Part shown: positions 37,190-48,357 of the stretch, in pieces | Layout: each line of letters starts with the position of its first letter | Numbering within the stretch: position 1 is the stretch's first letter | Sequence record: DRR378314_405 | Reading direction: 5' to 3' (one strand) | Length of the DNA stretch: 64,000 nt | Made by a program: the position numbers and the translations under genes | Notes under the pieces: generated by a model | What the model saw: the letters and a program-made list of their open reading frames with translations, nothing else | Told to the model about the DNA's origin: nothing | Databases searched by the model: none

Positions 37190-37210
37190 AGGCCCGGTTT
37201 TTCCGGGCTT
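37190..37210. terminator. Hairpin between convergent genes
   Basis: AGGCCCGG-ttttt-CCGGGCTT. Confidence 0.55.
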
Positions 37211-38273
37211 AATTCATTTCTGCGATAAATTGACGGATCAGATCCACGCCTTGCTGATCAATGGTGGAACGGCCAAGTTCAGGCATCATGATTCCGGGAT
37301 CAATGCTGTTCATCCGGAACAGTAAAATGGATTTGTCCGGTGCGCCGGGATGAATGGCAACCCGCAATCCACCGGCCCCGCGCCCGGCGGCAACCGGGGG
37401 TTTATGAACGCCCCACTGAACCGCGCGATTTTCTTCAAAATTCAGGTAAAGCCCGCTGGTGTCCGCCGGATGACCCGGCGCGTGGCAATGGGCGCAGTTG
37501 CCGTCAAGATAGGACCGGGCCCGCGCCTCCAGCGATCCGTCATCTGGATTAAACGGCTCTGGCACCCGGGGGCTATCTTCCGGGTTTGGTGGCCCCCCGA
37601 CGAGGTAACCAACCTTCTGCAGGATATGAAGTTGGTTATCAGATTTGTCCCATGACGGCCGGTTCAGATTGCGAATTTTCGGACCAATGGGGCTTAGATC
37701 CTTTTCTGCATTTACATGACAGCCTTTGCACTGGTTCATATTGGGAACGGCATAGTCAACCACCTCGGAGCGACCATCAGCCCAGGTCACCGGTATTTCA
37801 AGCCGCTTTCCCGCAACCTTGAGCCGGGCTTCGGTCTGGGCTTCATTCCAGACATAGGGGTACGCCTTCCATCCGTCTTGCTTATGGATCAAAAGGCGGG
37901 TTTCGATAAACCGGATTTTTTGATCCGGGCTTTCAAAACTCTGTGGGTAGGCGAAAGTCTTGATCAGAACGGAGCCCACCGGAAAGTCCAAGACTCCGTC
38001 TTCCTGATAGGGTGCGCCTGCGCGGCCCCGGGGAATATAAAGATACCGGATTTTCAGGGCGTAATCGGTGAAAAGAGGGTTATTGAGCTCATACCGGATC
38101 AGGCCCGGCGCGGGCTTTCGCGCGCCTGTATCTTCAAACAAACCATAATCGGCAAGGGTCCGGGCGGGCTTGGCGGCCATCAATTTATCCTGATCAATGG
38201 CAAAGGCGGTTTGGCCCGCCAGCCCCACTGCAACCGCCAGAGCCCCGATCAGTTTTAACGTCCAGCTCTTCAT
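37209..38273 (-). CDS. SO2930-family diheme c-type cytochrome
   Basis: Signal peptide; two CxxCH (CKGCH, CAHCH); 'PLFTDYA.K', 'FPVG.VL.KTF', 'IETRLL', 'MMPELGR'. Confidence 0.85.
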   Translation of the reverse strand: MKSWTLKLIGALAVAVGLAGQTAFAIDQDKLMAAKPARTLADYGLFEDTGARKPAPGLIRYELNNPLFTDYALKIRYLYIPRGRAGAPYQEDGVLDFPVGSVLIKTFAYPQSFESPDQKIRFIETRLLIHKQDGWKAYPYVWNEAQTEARLKVAGKRLEIPVTWADGRSEVVDYAVPNMNQCKGCHVNAEKDLSPIGPKIRNLNRPSWDKSDNQLHILQKVGYLVGGPPNPEDSPRVPEPFNPDDGSLEARARSYLDGNCAHCHAPGHPADTSGLYLNFEENRAVQWGVHKPPVAAGRGAGGLRVAIHPGAPDKSILLFRMNSIDPGIMMPELGRSTIDQQGVDLIRQFIAEMN

Positions 38274-39592
38274 TGAGCGACAAGGTCCATAGCTGGTTTG
38301 CCCCGAATAACAACCTCCACCGCTGGCAGGGAGGGATAGGATTTTGCGTACGCGTCTCCCTCAAAATCCGGCGAATGGAATATCGGCGCCACCACATGCA
38401 TGATCATGTTGGCGTTACCATAAGGCTCAACTCCGCTCAGATGCTCATTATCATGAATGGCAAGGCTGTCTTCCTCATCCTGTCCGAAAAACAGATAGTC
38501 CATCAGCGGCAGCACACCGTCCCAGACAATGTCCGGCACCGGAACCCCGACAGTTTCCCGCAAGATCGTGCCGAATTCGCCGGTATCCGGATCCAGACCG
38601 GACTCGCCAAACTTATTATGATGGATATGGATTTTCTTCGGGGTTGGCTGGTAGGTCTCGTCGTCAAACTCATCTATATAACTGGCGACGACAATATTGA
38701 CCGTATCATTGCCATAAAACTCGTTTTCAAAGACTTCAACATTCTCATTTGCCATGATGATCATGCCGGTTCCCCGAGGGACGATCCCAACGATATTGCC
38801 CTCAGGCGCAAAATTATCCGTATCGTTATCAAATGACTTGTTTTTAAAAAACCGAACATTGTGCCCCCCCTGTTTGGGCAGGTTTGGCAAGTCAAAGACC
38901 AGCAGTCCACCGGTGTTTCGGGTCATCACATTTTCAAATACATCTGCCCGGTAACTATTTTCAATCTCAAGACCGGCGACATTGAATTCACCGCGGCTGC
39001 GGGTCACGATAATATCTTCGCTTTGACCGACATAAATCCCGGCATCCGACGCGCCAATTGCCACACATCCATATATGAACACATTTTTGGACTGGACCGG
39101 GTATAAACCATAGGCCCCGTTTGTGGGTTTGGGCCCACCGGTCCATTCGACCCGCAGATTGATCATCGCTATCCCGTCCACGCCTTTGGACTTGATGGCA
39201 TCTCCTTTGGAATCTTCCACTGCGAAATCGCTCAAGACCACCTGATCGGAGGTCACAAGCAAACCTTCAGATCCTCCCTTTTGCCCTTTGAAGGAGAGGA
39301 TAGTCTTGTCCATACCAGCGCCTTTTAGTGTCACATTTGCCACATCCAATGATAACCCATCTGTCAGATGATAGACGCCAGCTGCCATTCTGATCGTTTG
39401 CCCGGGCTCTGCCAGGATCAGCGCCTCCTGCAGGTCCTCCTGGGCATTTTCTCCCGGGGAAACCTGGATAACGTCCGCAGCAAACGCCATTCCCGCTGAA
39501 AAGATGAAAGCCAAAGTGATAATCCCGCGCGCGCAGCCGCTCATCCAATTCGCAGCGATCTGCCCTCTCCCCCTGATAAATTGCATAGGCAT
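38270..39592 (-). CDS. Parallel beta-helix repeat protein (usual partner of SO2930 cytochromes)
   Basis: 'NGAYGLYPVQS', 'GASDAGIYVGQS', 'NVAGLEIENS', 'NTGGLLVFDLP'. Confidence 0.85.
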   Translation of the reverse strand: MPMQFIRGRGQIAANWMSGCARGIITLAFIFSAGMAFAADVIQVSPGENAQEDLQEALILAEPGQTIRMAAGVYHLTDGLSLDVANVTLKGAGMDKTILSFKGQKGGSEGLLVTSDQVVLSDFAVEDSKGDAIKSKGVDGIAMINLRVEWTGGPKPTNGAYGLYPVQSKNVFIYGCVAIGASDAGIYVGQSEDIIVTRSRGEFNVAGLEIENSYRADVFENVMTRNTGGLLVFDLPNLPKQGGHNVRFFKNKSFDNDTDNFAPEGNIVGIVPRGTGMIIMANENVEVFENEFYGNDTVNIVVASYIDEFDDETYQPTPKKIHIHHNKFGESGLDPDTGEFGTILRETVGVPVPDIVWDGVLPLMDYLFFGQDEEDSLAIHDNEHLSGVEPYGNANMIMHVVAPIFHSPDFEGDAYAKSYPSLPAVEVVIRGKPAMDLVAQ

Positions 39593-39721
39593 TCTTTCTT
39601 ATTTATTAGAAAACTTCTCAATTATTAATAGACACATTAGTTTTTTCGATTTATTGCTTATCGTCAAGAATTAATATGAAATATTTTCACTTTTATATGT
39701 GGCAAAATGTATAGTGTGACA

Positions 39722-40333
39722 ATGAACAAACGTAAGCAGCCCACCCAGTCCCGCTCTAAACAACGGGTCCAGAGGATTATTACTGCAACGCGGGAGTTGG
39801 CAGCGACAACAGAAATTTCCAAGATCACAACAAGCTCAATCGCCAAAGCGGCCGAAGTTCCAGTTGGATCTGTTTATCAATATTTTGAAGATAGAAATGA
39901 TGTGCTGCTGGCGGTTGCAGAACAACTGGTAAGCGAACAAGATCAAAAGCTGCAGGAGCTATACTCCGAGATCAGTGCCCACGCCCATTGGCGCCATATC
40001 GTCAAATCCGTCCAACTGACCTACATCAAAATCAACAGTGAAGATGTGCTGTATCAGCGCCTGAGCCGCGCTCTGGCCTGGACCCAACAATGGGATCAGA
40101 TGAATCTCCGCTCGACCAATAAAATGGTGGAATTCTTTGCCACACACGGCCTCTTTCTGGAGAGGGGCTTTGCACCAGCCGAAGCCCGCAATATCGTGCG
40201 CGTTGTGGTCACCATGACGTCGGCCCTGTCACGAGCCGCCCATGAACTGCCCACCAAAGAAGAAGCCAAGAACCTGCTGGAAGAACTCCCCAAAATGACA
40301 ATTGCCTATTTGGCGACCATCCTTGGAGACTGA
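39722..40333 (+). CDS. TetR/AcrR-family regulator
   Basis: 'RKQPTQSRS', HTH 'IAKAAEVPVGSVYQYF'. Confidence 0.9.
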   Translation: MNKRKQPTQSRSKQRVQRIITATRELAATTEISKITTSSIAKAAEVPVGSVYQYFEDRNDVLLAVAEQLVSEQDQKLQELYSEISAHAHWRHIVKSVQLTYIKINSEDVLYQRLSRALAWTQQWDQMNLRSTNKMVEFFATHGLFLERGFAPAEARNIVRVVVTMTSALSRAAHELPTKEEAKNLLEELPKMTIAYLATILGD

Positions 40334-41083
40334 TCAGCCCCGCCCGATAAACGGCATCGATGTCGCCATCACCGTCATGAACTGCACATTGGCATCAAGC
40401 GATAGACTGTCCATATAAAGAACAGCGGATGCCACATTGCTGACATCCATCACCGGTTCTGATTTGACTTCCAGATTAGCCTGCGGAACGCCTTTTTGCA
40501 TGACTTCCGTCATATCTGTGGCAGCGTTTCCAATATCAATCTGACCGCAGGCAATATTGAAGGCCCGCCCATCCAGCGACAGGGACTTCGTCAATCCGGT
40601 AATCGCATGTTTTGTTGAGGTGTAGGGCGCGCTGTAAGGGCGCGGAACATGAGCCGATATAGACCCGTTATTGATGATCCGGCCCCCTTGCGGCACCTGA
40701 TGACGCATTAGAGAAAAAGCTTCCCGAGCACAAAAGTAAGAGCCGTTCAAATTGGTATTAACGACATTGATCCAGGCATCTATGGACAGCTCATCACAGG
40801 GAACAGCAGAGGCCCCGATGCCAGCATTGTTAAATAACAGATCCAGACGTCCGGATTTTTCCCGTACCTTTTGAAACAGCTCCGACACACTGTCAGGGTC
40901 GGTTACATCCACGCCAACTACAATGGCTCTGCCCTCAACCTCACCGGCAAGGGTGGCGGTTTTCTCCAGCCGCGATAATGTTCGCCCCGCTAAATAAACC
41001 GTGTAGCCTTCTGCCAGCAACTCCAGAGCAACGGCACGGCCGATCCCTGTTCCTGCCCCGGTTACAACTGAAACTTTTGTCAC
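40334..41083 (-). CDS. Short-chain dehydrogenase/reductase
   Basis: [12 protein letters not shown], catalytic YTSTK. Confidence 0.93.
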   Translation of the reverse strand: MTKVSVVTGAGTGIGRAVALELLAEGYTVYLAGRTLSRLEKTATLAGEVEGRAIVVGVDVTDPDSVSELFQKVREKSGRLDLLFNNAGIGASAVPCDELSIDAWINVVNTNLNGSYFCAREAFSLMRHQVPQGGRIINNGSISAHVPRPYSAPYTSTKHAITGLTKSLSLDGRAFNIACGQIDIGNAATDMTEVMQKGVPQANLEVKSEPVMDVSNVASAVLYMDSLSLDANVQFMTVMATSMPFIGRG

Positions 41084-41094
41084 GTCTGCCTCCC

Positions 41095-42471
41095 TTACCC
41101 TTTTAAACTCTCCGCCCGTTTTTCAGCCTGCCCGGCAACCAGCCGCCGCTTTCGAGGAGCGGTCATCCACACCGCCAGGCAGGATGTCAGGCAGATAACA
41201 ATAGCCAGTCCAAATGCAGCCCGATAATTGCCGGTTACATCATAAAGATATCCGGTCACCCACGGACCGATCCCACCGCCCAGCAAGGCGATCATACTAA
41301 ACACACCAAAGATGGCACCATAGCGCCGCCCCTGAAATAAATCAGCCGGCATGGAGCCAAACACCGCTGCCATGGCATAGCCCAGTCCGCCTTGCGCAAT
41401 GACCATCAGATACATCATAAACGGACTGGGAACCCATTCCATCACCAGCAGAAAAACATAGCAGAGCGTGAAGCCACTGACTGAAATGGTCCAGATCCAT
41501 TCACGGCCGATCCGGTCCGAGAGATGCCCCAGATAGATTTGCCCGATGACGCCGGCAAACCCGACAAAACCAAGCGCAAAAGACGCGTCCAGTTCTGAAA
41601 TCCCAATTTCAATCAGGTATTTTGTCTGATGAACCTGCACGGCATACCAAACATAAAGGGCGCTGCCGGCCGCCAGGCTCATCCACCAAAATTCTTTTGT
41701 CTTCAAGGCACGCGGCAGGGACCAGTCCGTTGCAGCCCATTGGTGATCAACGACCGGATCGGGATCAAGGGTCGGTGCCGGGGCGGGGGCCGCTGTCGGA
41801 TCATTGGTTTCACTCACCACGGTTATCCCATCCGGGTTTAACCCAAGGGTCGCGGGATTGCGCCGCTGAAACACCAAATTGAGCGGCAGGACAATAACCA
41901 TCAACAGGATCGCCATAAACCAGCAGGCATATCGCCAACCGTCTTCATTAATCATGCTTTGAATGACCGGCATCAAAATAATCGACCCGATCCCAACGCC
42001 GGAAAAGGCAATGCCAACAGCAAGGCCGCGCCGCTTTTCAAACCAGGTGGGCAAGAACATGGAATGCCCCACATATGTCATCATGATCCCTGCCCCGACA
42101 ACCAGTATCCCAAGGGTTCCATAAATGTGCCACGGCAGAGTGGCATAGGTCGCCAATATCATTCCGAGACTGACACAGAGCGCGGATCCGGAAATCAGGT
42201 ACCGGCTGTCCACGCTATCCATCAAGCGCCCCAAAATGGGAGAGATTAACCCGGCGAAGATAAACCCGACGCTAAAAGCAGCCGCCGTCGTTGCCCGGTC
42301 CCAGCCAAATTCATTCAAAATTGCCGGATAGAGAAGCGAGAATGCCGTTCGGACATTGACCCCAATCCCCATGGTCACAAACACAATGGCGACAACCACC
42401 CATCCATAGAAGATAGGTGAACGCGCCAAAAACTGATTGAACGAATTGAGTCCCCTGCCCTCAACTGCCAT
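41095..42471 (-). CDS. MFS transporter
   Basis: 'FYGWVVV', '[11 protein letters not shown]', 'LSDRIGRE'. Confidence 0.9.
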   Translation of the reverse strand: MAVEGRGLNSFNQFLARSPIFYGWVVVAIVFVTMGIGVNVRTAFSLLYPAILNEFGWDRATTAAAFSVGFIFAGLISPILGRLMDSVDSRYLISGSALCVSLGMILATYATLPWHIYGTLGILVVGAGIMMTYVGHSMFLPTWFEKRRGLAVGIAFSGVGIGSIILMPVIQSMINEDGWRYACWFMAILLMVIVLPLNLVFQRRNPATLGLNPDGITVVSETNDPTAAPAPAPTLDPDPVVDHQWAATDWSLPRALKTKEFWWMSLAAGSALYVWYAVQVHQTKYLIEIGISELDASFALGFVGFAGVIGQIYLGHLSDRIGREWIWTISVSGFTLCYVFLLVMEWVPSPFMMYLMVIAQGGLGYAMAAVFGSMPADLFQGRRYGAIFGVFSMIALLGGGIGPWVTGYLYDVTGNYRAAFGLAIVICLTSCLAVWMTAPRKRRLVAGQAEKRAESLKG

Positions 42472-42556
42472 AAGCGTTTCCTTTTATTGTTTTGCGGAAA
42501 CTGTACCTGAGTTTTTCAAAACACTCAAAGGCTGTTGATGAATGCCGCTTGGAAGT

Positions 42557-43279
42557 TTATTCCTGAACCGGCGATAAGTGCGGTTCGGATTTTAACTGAA
42601 GGTCCTGGCAATTATGCAAATAGCCGGTTTTACTGATCACCTTGCCGTCCTGATTGCGGCCCTGGCTTCCATAGGCGATACAATATTTAACATGAGGTTT
42701 GCGGGCATTTGCAGCCGCGAACATGCCGCGCCACCAGATACTGGAACGCCGGGTCACACGCGCATTTTCGCCGCTGGGTAAATAAGTCTGGGATGAATAA
42801 TCCAGGACGTTACAGAACACGAACTTGTCGGCCGCCTGAAACAGACTTTCGATCACCCAATACAGATCTTCTTCTGGAATAAGGTCGAGGACATTTGTCG
42901 CGATGACCCCATCATAGGTCTTGAAAAGTCCCTGATCCTGTTCCTGATCGTTCAGCGCAGGATCGTAACAGGAAATCTGTTTCAACCGCCAATAGTCACA
43001 CAGGTTATCCGCAACCAGTTCGCCATTGAGAAACACTTCATCCATATACTGGCGCCCCTTGCCACTGCCATAATCCAGCAGGGTTTCAGCCTGGGTGGCG
43101 CGGGACAATTTACGGATGGTTTTGGCATGTTTGAAAACACCGCGGCCACTGAAGGTTTCCAGAGGGGTGAATTTAACAACATCACCATCTTTACGCCGCC
43201 ACACACCTTCTGAGTGCATCAGACGATAAAAATCAAGCAACTGCCGATACCGGGGGCTGGGACTATCAAACGAATACAT
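42557..43279 (-). CDS. Class I SAM-dependent methyltransferase-like protein
   Basis: 'LLDYGSGKG', 'YDPA', 'YDGVIATNVLD.IP'. Confidence 0.7.
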   Translation of the reverse strand: MYSFDSPSPRYRQLLDFYRLMHSEGVWRRKDGDVVKFTPLETFSGRGVFKHAKTIRKLSRATQAETLLDYGSGKGRQYMDEVFLNGELVADNLCDYWRLKQISCYDPALNDQEQDQGLFKTYDGVIATNVLDLIPEEDLYWVIESLFQAADKFVFCNVLDYSSQTYLPSGENARVTRRSSIWWRGMFAAANARKPHVKYCIAYGSQGRNQDGKVISKTGYLHNCQDLQLKSEPHLSPVQE

Positions 43280-43460
43280 ACAGGTCTATTAGCTACGAAG
43301 AACAAAATTTGTCAAATCAGATATTAACACAAAGTTAATCGTCAGAATGTGATTTTTGCAACTGGACAGCAAAAAAGTGAATGATAAATTGGGCATTTGA
43401 TATTCTTAACGGCCATTCCGGCCCCCCCGTTCGACACTTCACCCGCATTTGGAGCTACTT

Positions 43461-44681
43461 TTGGAAGACACACCCCGCTCGACAACCGTTGGCCCCATTG
43501 AACAGGTTATTCTGCTTGCCGTTCTGACGTCGCTAATTGCCCTATCCATCGACAGTATGTTGCCAGCCCTCGCGCAGATAGAGCGGGATCTGCAATCCAA
43601 CAGCCCCAATGGCCGCCAGTTTATTATTGGCAGCACCTTTGTCGGCATGGCAGTCGGTATGATGCTGTATGGTCCGGTCTCCGACAGCGTCGGACGCAAG
43701 CTTCCCATATATGCTGGCATCTTCATTTTTCTGGTCGGGTGCCTTCTGTCGATTTTCAGTCAATCCTTTACCGTAATGCTGGTTGGCCGTTTTCTGCAAG
43801 GGCTGGGCGCTGCCGGACCCCGGGTTGTCTCCATCGCCCTGATCCGAGATCAATATTCAGGCCGGGAAATGGCGCGCTTTACCTCGCTTGTGATGACTGT
43901 GTTCATTCTGGTTCCGGTGCTGGCACCGGCGCTCGGTCAAACTGTCATGCTCATTGCGTCCTGGCGGATGATCTTCGGGGCCATGTTCCTTTTGGGCGTG
44001 ATTGCCTTGATCTGGTTTGGATTTCGTCAAACGGAAACCCTTGAAAAACCAAGGCGCACACCGTTTTCCTTTTCCCGGTTAGGAATTGCCATTATGGAGG
44101 TTCTGACCACACCGGCCTCACTTGGCTATACCATTGCAACCGGTTTTATTTTTGCTGCTTTCCTCAGTTTTTTGAGCATGTCGCAACAGATTTTTCAGGA
44201 TCAGTATGGTGTAGGTGAATTATTTCCCCTTTACTTTGCCTCCCTCGCCCTGTCATTCGGCGGAGCCAGTTTTGCAAATTCGGCTCTGGTGATGAAGCTG
44301 GGGATGCGGAGCCTGGTTGCAAAAGGTTTGTGGACGCTGGTGATTATTTCCATCGCCTTCCTCGGCTACGCCTTTATGGTTGAAGGCCACCCACCTTTAT
44401 TCATCTTGTTGCCGTTTCTGATGCTGATCTTCTTCTGTGTCGGGATCCTGTTTGGCAATATGAACGCCCTTGCAATGGAACCGCTGGGTCATATCGCGGG
44501 GGTGGCGTCCGCAGTGATCACATCCGGCTCCACCTTCATTTCCGTCATTTTTGGAACCGTTGTTGCGCAATCCTATGATGGAACCGTAATGCCGCTTGTC
44601 ATTGGCTTTAGCATTTTCAGCCTGCTGTCACTCACCATTATGTATATCACCAACGCAAAAGGGGCCATTTCAGAAACTTAA
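43461..44681 (+). CDS. Bcr/CflA (DHA1) multidrug efflux MFS transporter
   Basis: 'SIDSMLPAL', 'GPVSDSVGRK', 'GRFLQGLG'; TTG start after GGAG. Confidence 0.9.
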   Translation: MEDTPRSTTVGPIEQVILLAVLTSLIALSIDSMLPALAQIERDLQSNSPNGRQFIIGSTFVGMAVGMMLYGPVSDSVGRKLPIYAGIFIFLVGCLLSIFSQSFTVMLVGRFLQGLGAAGPRVVSIALIRDQYSGREMARFTSLVMTVFILVPVLAPALGQTVMLIASWRMIFGAMFLLGVIALIWFGFRQTETLEKPRRTPFSFSRLGIAIMEVLTTPASLGYTIATGFIFAAFLSFLSMSQQIFQDQYGVGELFPLYFASLALSFGGASFANSALVMKLGMRSLVAKGLWTLVIISIAFLGYAFMVEGHPPLFILLPFLMLIFFCVGILFGNMNALAMEPLGHIAGVASAVITSGSTFISVIFGTVVAQSYDGTVMPLVIGFSIFSLLSLTIMYITNAKGAISET

Positions 44682-44747
44682 TGGTTCTTGTGAGAGAACG
44701 AAATCTCACCTAGCTTTCTTGGGATTTTGTCAAAGAGGATACCTGTT

Positions 44748-45935
44748 ATGTCTGTTCGAAACGGCCGCGAATTTCTGAGCATTCCCGGACCAACCAATAT
44801 CCCCGAACGGGTGCTGAACGCGATGCATCATCCCGCTATCGATATTCATCGGGCGGATTTTCCCGGGCGGACGGCCAGTCTACTTGAAAATCTGCAAAGC
44901 ACCTTTCAAACGAAAGGGCGAACTTTCATCTATATCGCAAATGGACATGGCGCGTGGGAAGCAGCGCTTAGTAATGTCTGTAGTCAGGGCGATAAGGTGC
45001 TGGTTCTGGAAAGCGGATTATTCGCCAATGGATGGGGTGAATTCGGAAGATCCCTGGGTCTGGAAATTGACATTCTCCCCGGTTCCTGGCGGAAATCTGT
45101 GGATCCGGAAAAAGTGAAAGCCCATCTGTCAAAAGATCAGGATCACACCATCAAAGCCATCCTGATGGTTCAGGTGGATACTGCATCAGGGATCTGTAAC
45201 GATGTGCAGACCGTTGGCAAAGCCATCCGGGAAATCGGTCATCCGGCACTTTTCATGGTGGATACCATTGCCTCCCTCGGCACCATGGCGTTTAACATGG
45301 ATGAATGGGGTGTGGATGTTGCTGTATCTGCCGCTCAAAAAGGCCTGATGTCACCGCCGGGTCTGAGCTTTAATGCCGCTGGGCCGCGGGCCATGGACAG
45401 TCATCAAACAGCCGGCCTTCGAACCGCCTATTGGGACTGGACCGCCCGGCTTGGCGATGCGCATTATCTGAAATACGCTGGAACGCCGCCCGAACATCTT
45501 CTGTTTGCCCTGGAGCAGTCTTTTGAGATCCTTAATGACGAAACGGTTGAAAAGGCAACCTTACGTCATCAGCTTCTGGCAGGCGCCTGTTGGGCCGCTG
45601 TTGAGAAATGGTGCGAAGCTGGTGTTCTGGAATTCAATGTTCCAGATCCGGCGGAACGATCCACCGGGGTGACTACAATCCTGTTCAACAAAGGCTACAG
45701 ACCAGAACCTCTCTTAAAATATTGCAATGAAAAATGCGGTGTGGTTGTCGGCATCGGAATCGGCGCACTGGAAGGGCTGGCCATACGCATTGCCCATATG
45801 GGTTACGCCAATGCTCCCATGCTCCTTGGCACGCTAAGTGCTGTTGAAATGGGACTTCAGGCACTGGATATCCCGCATGGAGAGGGAGGGACGAGCGCTG
45901 CGATCAAATACTTGTCTGAGAATGTTCCCAAATGA
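44748..45935 (+). CDS. Class V PLP aminotransferase (serine-glyoxylate / alanine-glyoxylate type)
   Basis: 'IPGPTN', 'VDTIASLG', PLP lysine in 'AAQKGLMSPPG', 'RIAHMG'. Confidence 0.9.
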   Translation: MSVRNGREFLSIPGPTNIPERVLNAMHHPAIDIHRADFPGRTASLLENLQSTFQTKGRTFIYIANGHGAWEAALSNVCSQGDKVLVLESGLFANGWGEFGRSLGLEIDILPGSWRKSVDPEKVKAHLSKDQDHTIKAILMVQVDTASGICNDVQTVGKAIREIGHPALFMVDTIASLGTMAFNMDEWGVDVAVSAAQKGLMSPPGLSFNAAGPRAMDSHQTAGLRTAYWDWTARLGDAHYLKYAGTPPEHLLFALEQSFEILNDETVEKATLRHQLLAGACWAAVEKWCEAGVLEFNVPDPAERSTGVTTILFNKGYRPEPLLKYCNEKCGVVVGIGIGALEGLAIRIAHMGYANAPMLLGTLSAVEMGLQALDIPHGEGGTSAAIKYLSENVPK

Positions 45936-46282
45936 CCATGCCTGATCGGCGGCTAGCCCCTTGAGCTTGAACGCTGCCGCGATTTCGGAAGAGAATGAGG
46001 CTGCTGGGCGGCCACTGGCCTGCTCAATCAGTATTTACGCAATCAATTTGGCATCCTCAGCAGGATTAGGTGGATGAGATGGCAGAAACCGACTGGAACA
46101 CGCCACTTATTTCAGAGTTTGACGGCGCACATGCGGCGGCGAAACTGAGCGTTTGAGAAATTTATGAACGTCCTTTTACACTGCCGTTCAGAGGACCGGA
46201 CCAATTCAATCACCTGTGACGGCGGGTCTATCCAAATTTTAGGCGGCGGGTTAAGCTGTGGTAATTCTGATGCGGAGAGGCC

Positions 46283-46777
46283 ATGCAAGATCATTTTTTA
46301 AAGTTCAGCCAGTATAATCAATGGGCCAATCAGACCCTTTATGCTGTCGTTTCAAAACTGACTGTGAAAGAGCAGACCACAGATTTAGGGGCTTTTTTTG
46401 GCACGCTTCTCAATACGCTCAATCATATTTTAGTGGCGGATCTTTACTGGTTGGAGCGGCTCGATGGACAAGGGCCCAGACCAGAGGCCTTAAACCAGAT
46501 TTTGCATGATCAATTTGCGCCGCTGGAAACGCACCGCATGGAAATCGATGAGCGGCTGGATCGCTATATCCAATCCCTGAAACCTGAGGCCTTTCATCAG
46601 TTTCTCGACTACACCACATCATCGGGCGAGCCGTGTCATGATCAAATCTCAGATATTCTAAGTCATGTCTTCAATCACCAGACACATCACCGGGGGCAGT
46701 GCCACCACATGCTGAACCAGCTTGGCAAGGCACCGCCCCCACTTGATATGATTTATTTCGTCCGAAGCCTTGCTTAA
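46283..46777 (+). CDS. DinB-family protein
   Basis: 'YNQWAN', 'TLNHIL..D..W', 'HVFNHQTHHRGQ'. Confidence 0.9.
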   Translation: MQDHFLKFSQYNQWANQTLYAVVSKLTVKEQTTDLGAFFGTLLNTLNHILVADLYWLERLDGQGPRPEALNQILHDQFAPLETHRMEIDERLDRYIQSLKPEAFHQFLDYTTSSGEPCHDQISDILSHVFNHQTHHRGQCHHMLNQLGKAPPPLDMIYFVRSLA

Positions 46778-47403
46778 GCTTTGGCGCTTGGACGGGCTGA
46801 AACCTCTTCATGCCAGCGCTTCAAGTTCAGGCAACTGTCGGGAATGGCCTGTTTCAACATGCCCGCAAAATCCACAGCGACCATGGCGTTGACATCAGCA
46901 ACTGTATATTTATCACCGGCGACATATTTGTGATTGCCAAGCAATGCGTCCAGATCCTCAAAGAAATAGCCGACACGTTCTACACCCCGTTTGCCAAGCT
47001 CTTCAATCTGGGCAAAATCCCGTGGTCCGGTCAGCGCTCTATTTTCAAAGTTTGGAATAGAGTTCCGAACCGCTTCGGCAACAGCCATATACCCGTCCAC
47101 CTCGATCATCCGCAGCCGATTGGTCACAATCGCCCGCTCTTCCGGTGTTTCACCGAATAATGGCGGATCTGGATACAGCTCTTCCAAATAGCGTTGGATC
47201 GCTTCACTTTCGGTCAGCACGACACCGCTATCCAATTGTAATGCTGGAATGGTCAGCCGTGGATTAATGCTGGAATATTCAGGTTTAAATTGCGCTTTTT
47301 CCCGAATATTGACTTCTTCGCGATCCAGCTCCAGACCTTTTTCAGCCAAAAACACGCGAACCCGCCGTGGACTAGGTGGTCCCGGCATATCATATAATTT
47401 CAT
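46774..47403 (-). CDS. Glutathione S-transferase
   Basis: 'PSPRRVRVFLAEKG', 'INP..TIP.L', 'ES.AI..YLE'. Confidence 0.9.
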   Translation of the reverse strand: MKLYDMPGPPSPRRVRVFLAEKGLELDREEVNIREKAQFKPEYSSINPRLTIPALQLDSGVVLTESEAIQRYLEELYPDPPLFGETPEERAIVTNRLRMIEVDGYMAVAEAVRNSIPNFENRALTGPRDFAQIEELGKRGVERVGYFFEDLDALLGNHKYVAGDKYTVADVNAMVAVDFAGMLKQAIPDSCLNLKRWHEEVSARPSAKA

Positions 47404-47493
47404 TGGTCCCTCATAATCTGTTGATTACTAAAGAACGCCCCAAAGCGTTCCTATCACATCACTCCTCAAAAAAATATGTCTTTACGGACAAAC

Positions 47494-48357
47494 TTAATGA
47501 TCCGGGTCAATTTCCAGTCGAAAACTACCGTCAGCCTCCCGTTTGACATAACCTGCGGAGGGGGAGGCGAAATGCGTTCCAAACATCAGCGTATCTGTAT
47601 CGGCAAGCCCGTCCAGAATACCGGTGCGTGTTTTGATGGCCTGTTCCTGATCGTCGTCTGCGTTGCTGGCCCAGTGCAGTTTGGCCATTTGGCAGGGATG
47701 ATGCATAGCATCGCCGGTGATATACGCACTCTCTCCGTTACTGGAAATCCGAATACTGACATGACCCGGGGTATGACCTGGTGTTGGACTTAAACTGACC
47801 TGCTCGCAGATTTGAGCATCAACGGATACCAGATCCACCAATCCGGCGTCGAACACGGGTTTGACAGAATCGTCAAAAGCCTCCCCATACTCATCTCCGC
47901 TTCCGCTATTCCAATGGTCCCATTCCTCATCAGCGATCAGATAACGCGCGTTGGGAAAGGTTGGCACCCATTTGCCATCAACCAGCATGGTGTTCCAGCC
48001 CACGTGATCCACATGCAGATGGGTACAGAGAACCGTATCAATGCTGTCAGGATGATATCCCGCAGCTTCCAGGTCTGTCAGAAACTGGGTCTGCAAGTTA
48101 TTCCAGCCAGGGATTTTCCGCTCTTTATCATTACCGATGCAGGTATCGACAATGATCCGACGATCACCAGTATCAATCACCAGCGCATGAACGCTCATGA
48201 TCAGGCGGCCCTTTTCATTCATGAAATTGGGATAAAGCCACTGGATAGGCAAAACCGCATCAGGGGCGGCATCCGGTAGAATAAAACGGGTACCGCCCAC
48301 CATTTCCAGCTCGACAATGCGCGTGACTTTAACATTTCCAATTTGCCAACTATTCAT
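47494..48357 (-). CDS. Metallo-beta-lactamase-fold hydrolase
   Basis: THLHVDHVGWN, PGHTPGH, GDAMHHP. Confidence 0.9.
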   Translation of the reverse strand: MNSWQIGNVKVTRIVELEMVGGTRFILPDAAPDAVLPIQWLYPNFMNEKGRLIMSVHALVIDTGDRRIIVDTCIGNDKERKIPGWNNLQTQFLTDLEAAGYHPDSIDTVLCTHLHVDHVGWNTMLVDGKWVPTFPNARYLIADEEWDHWNSGSGDEYGEAFDDSVKPVFDAGLVDLVSVDAQICEQVSLSPTPGHTPGHVSIRISSNGESAYITGDAMHHPCQMAKLHWASNADDDQEQAIKTRTGILDGLADTDTLMFGTHFASPSAGYVKREADGSFRLEIDPDH

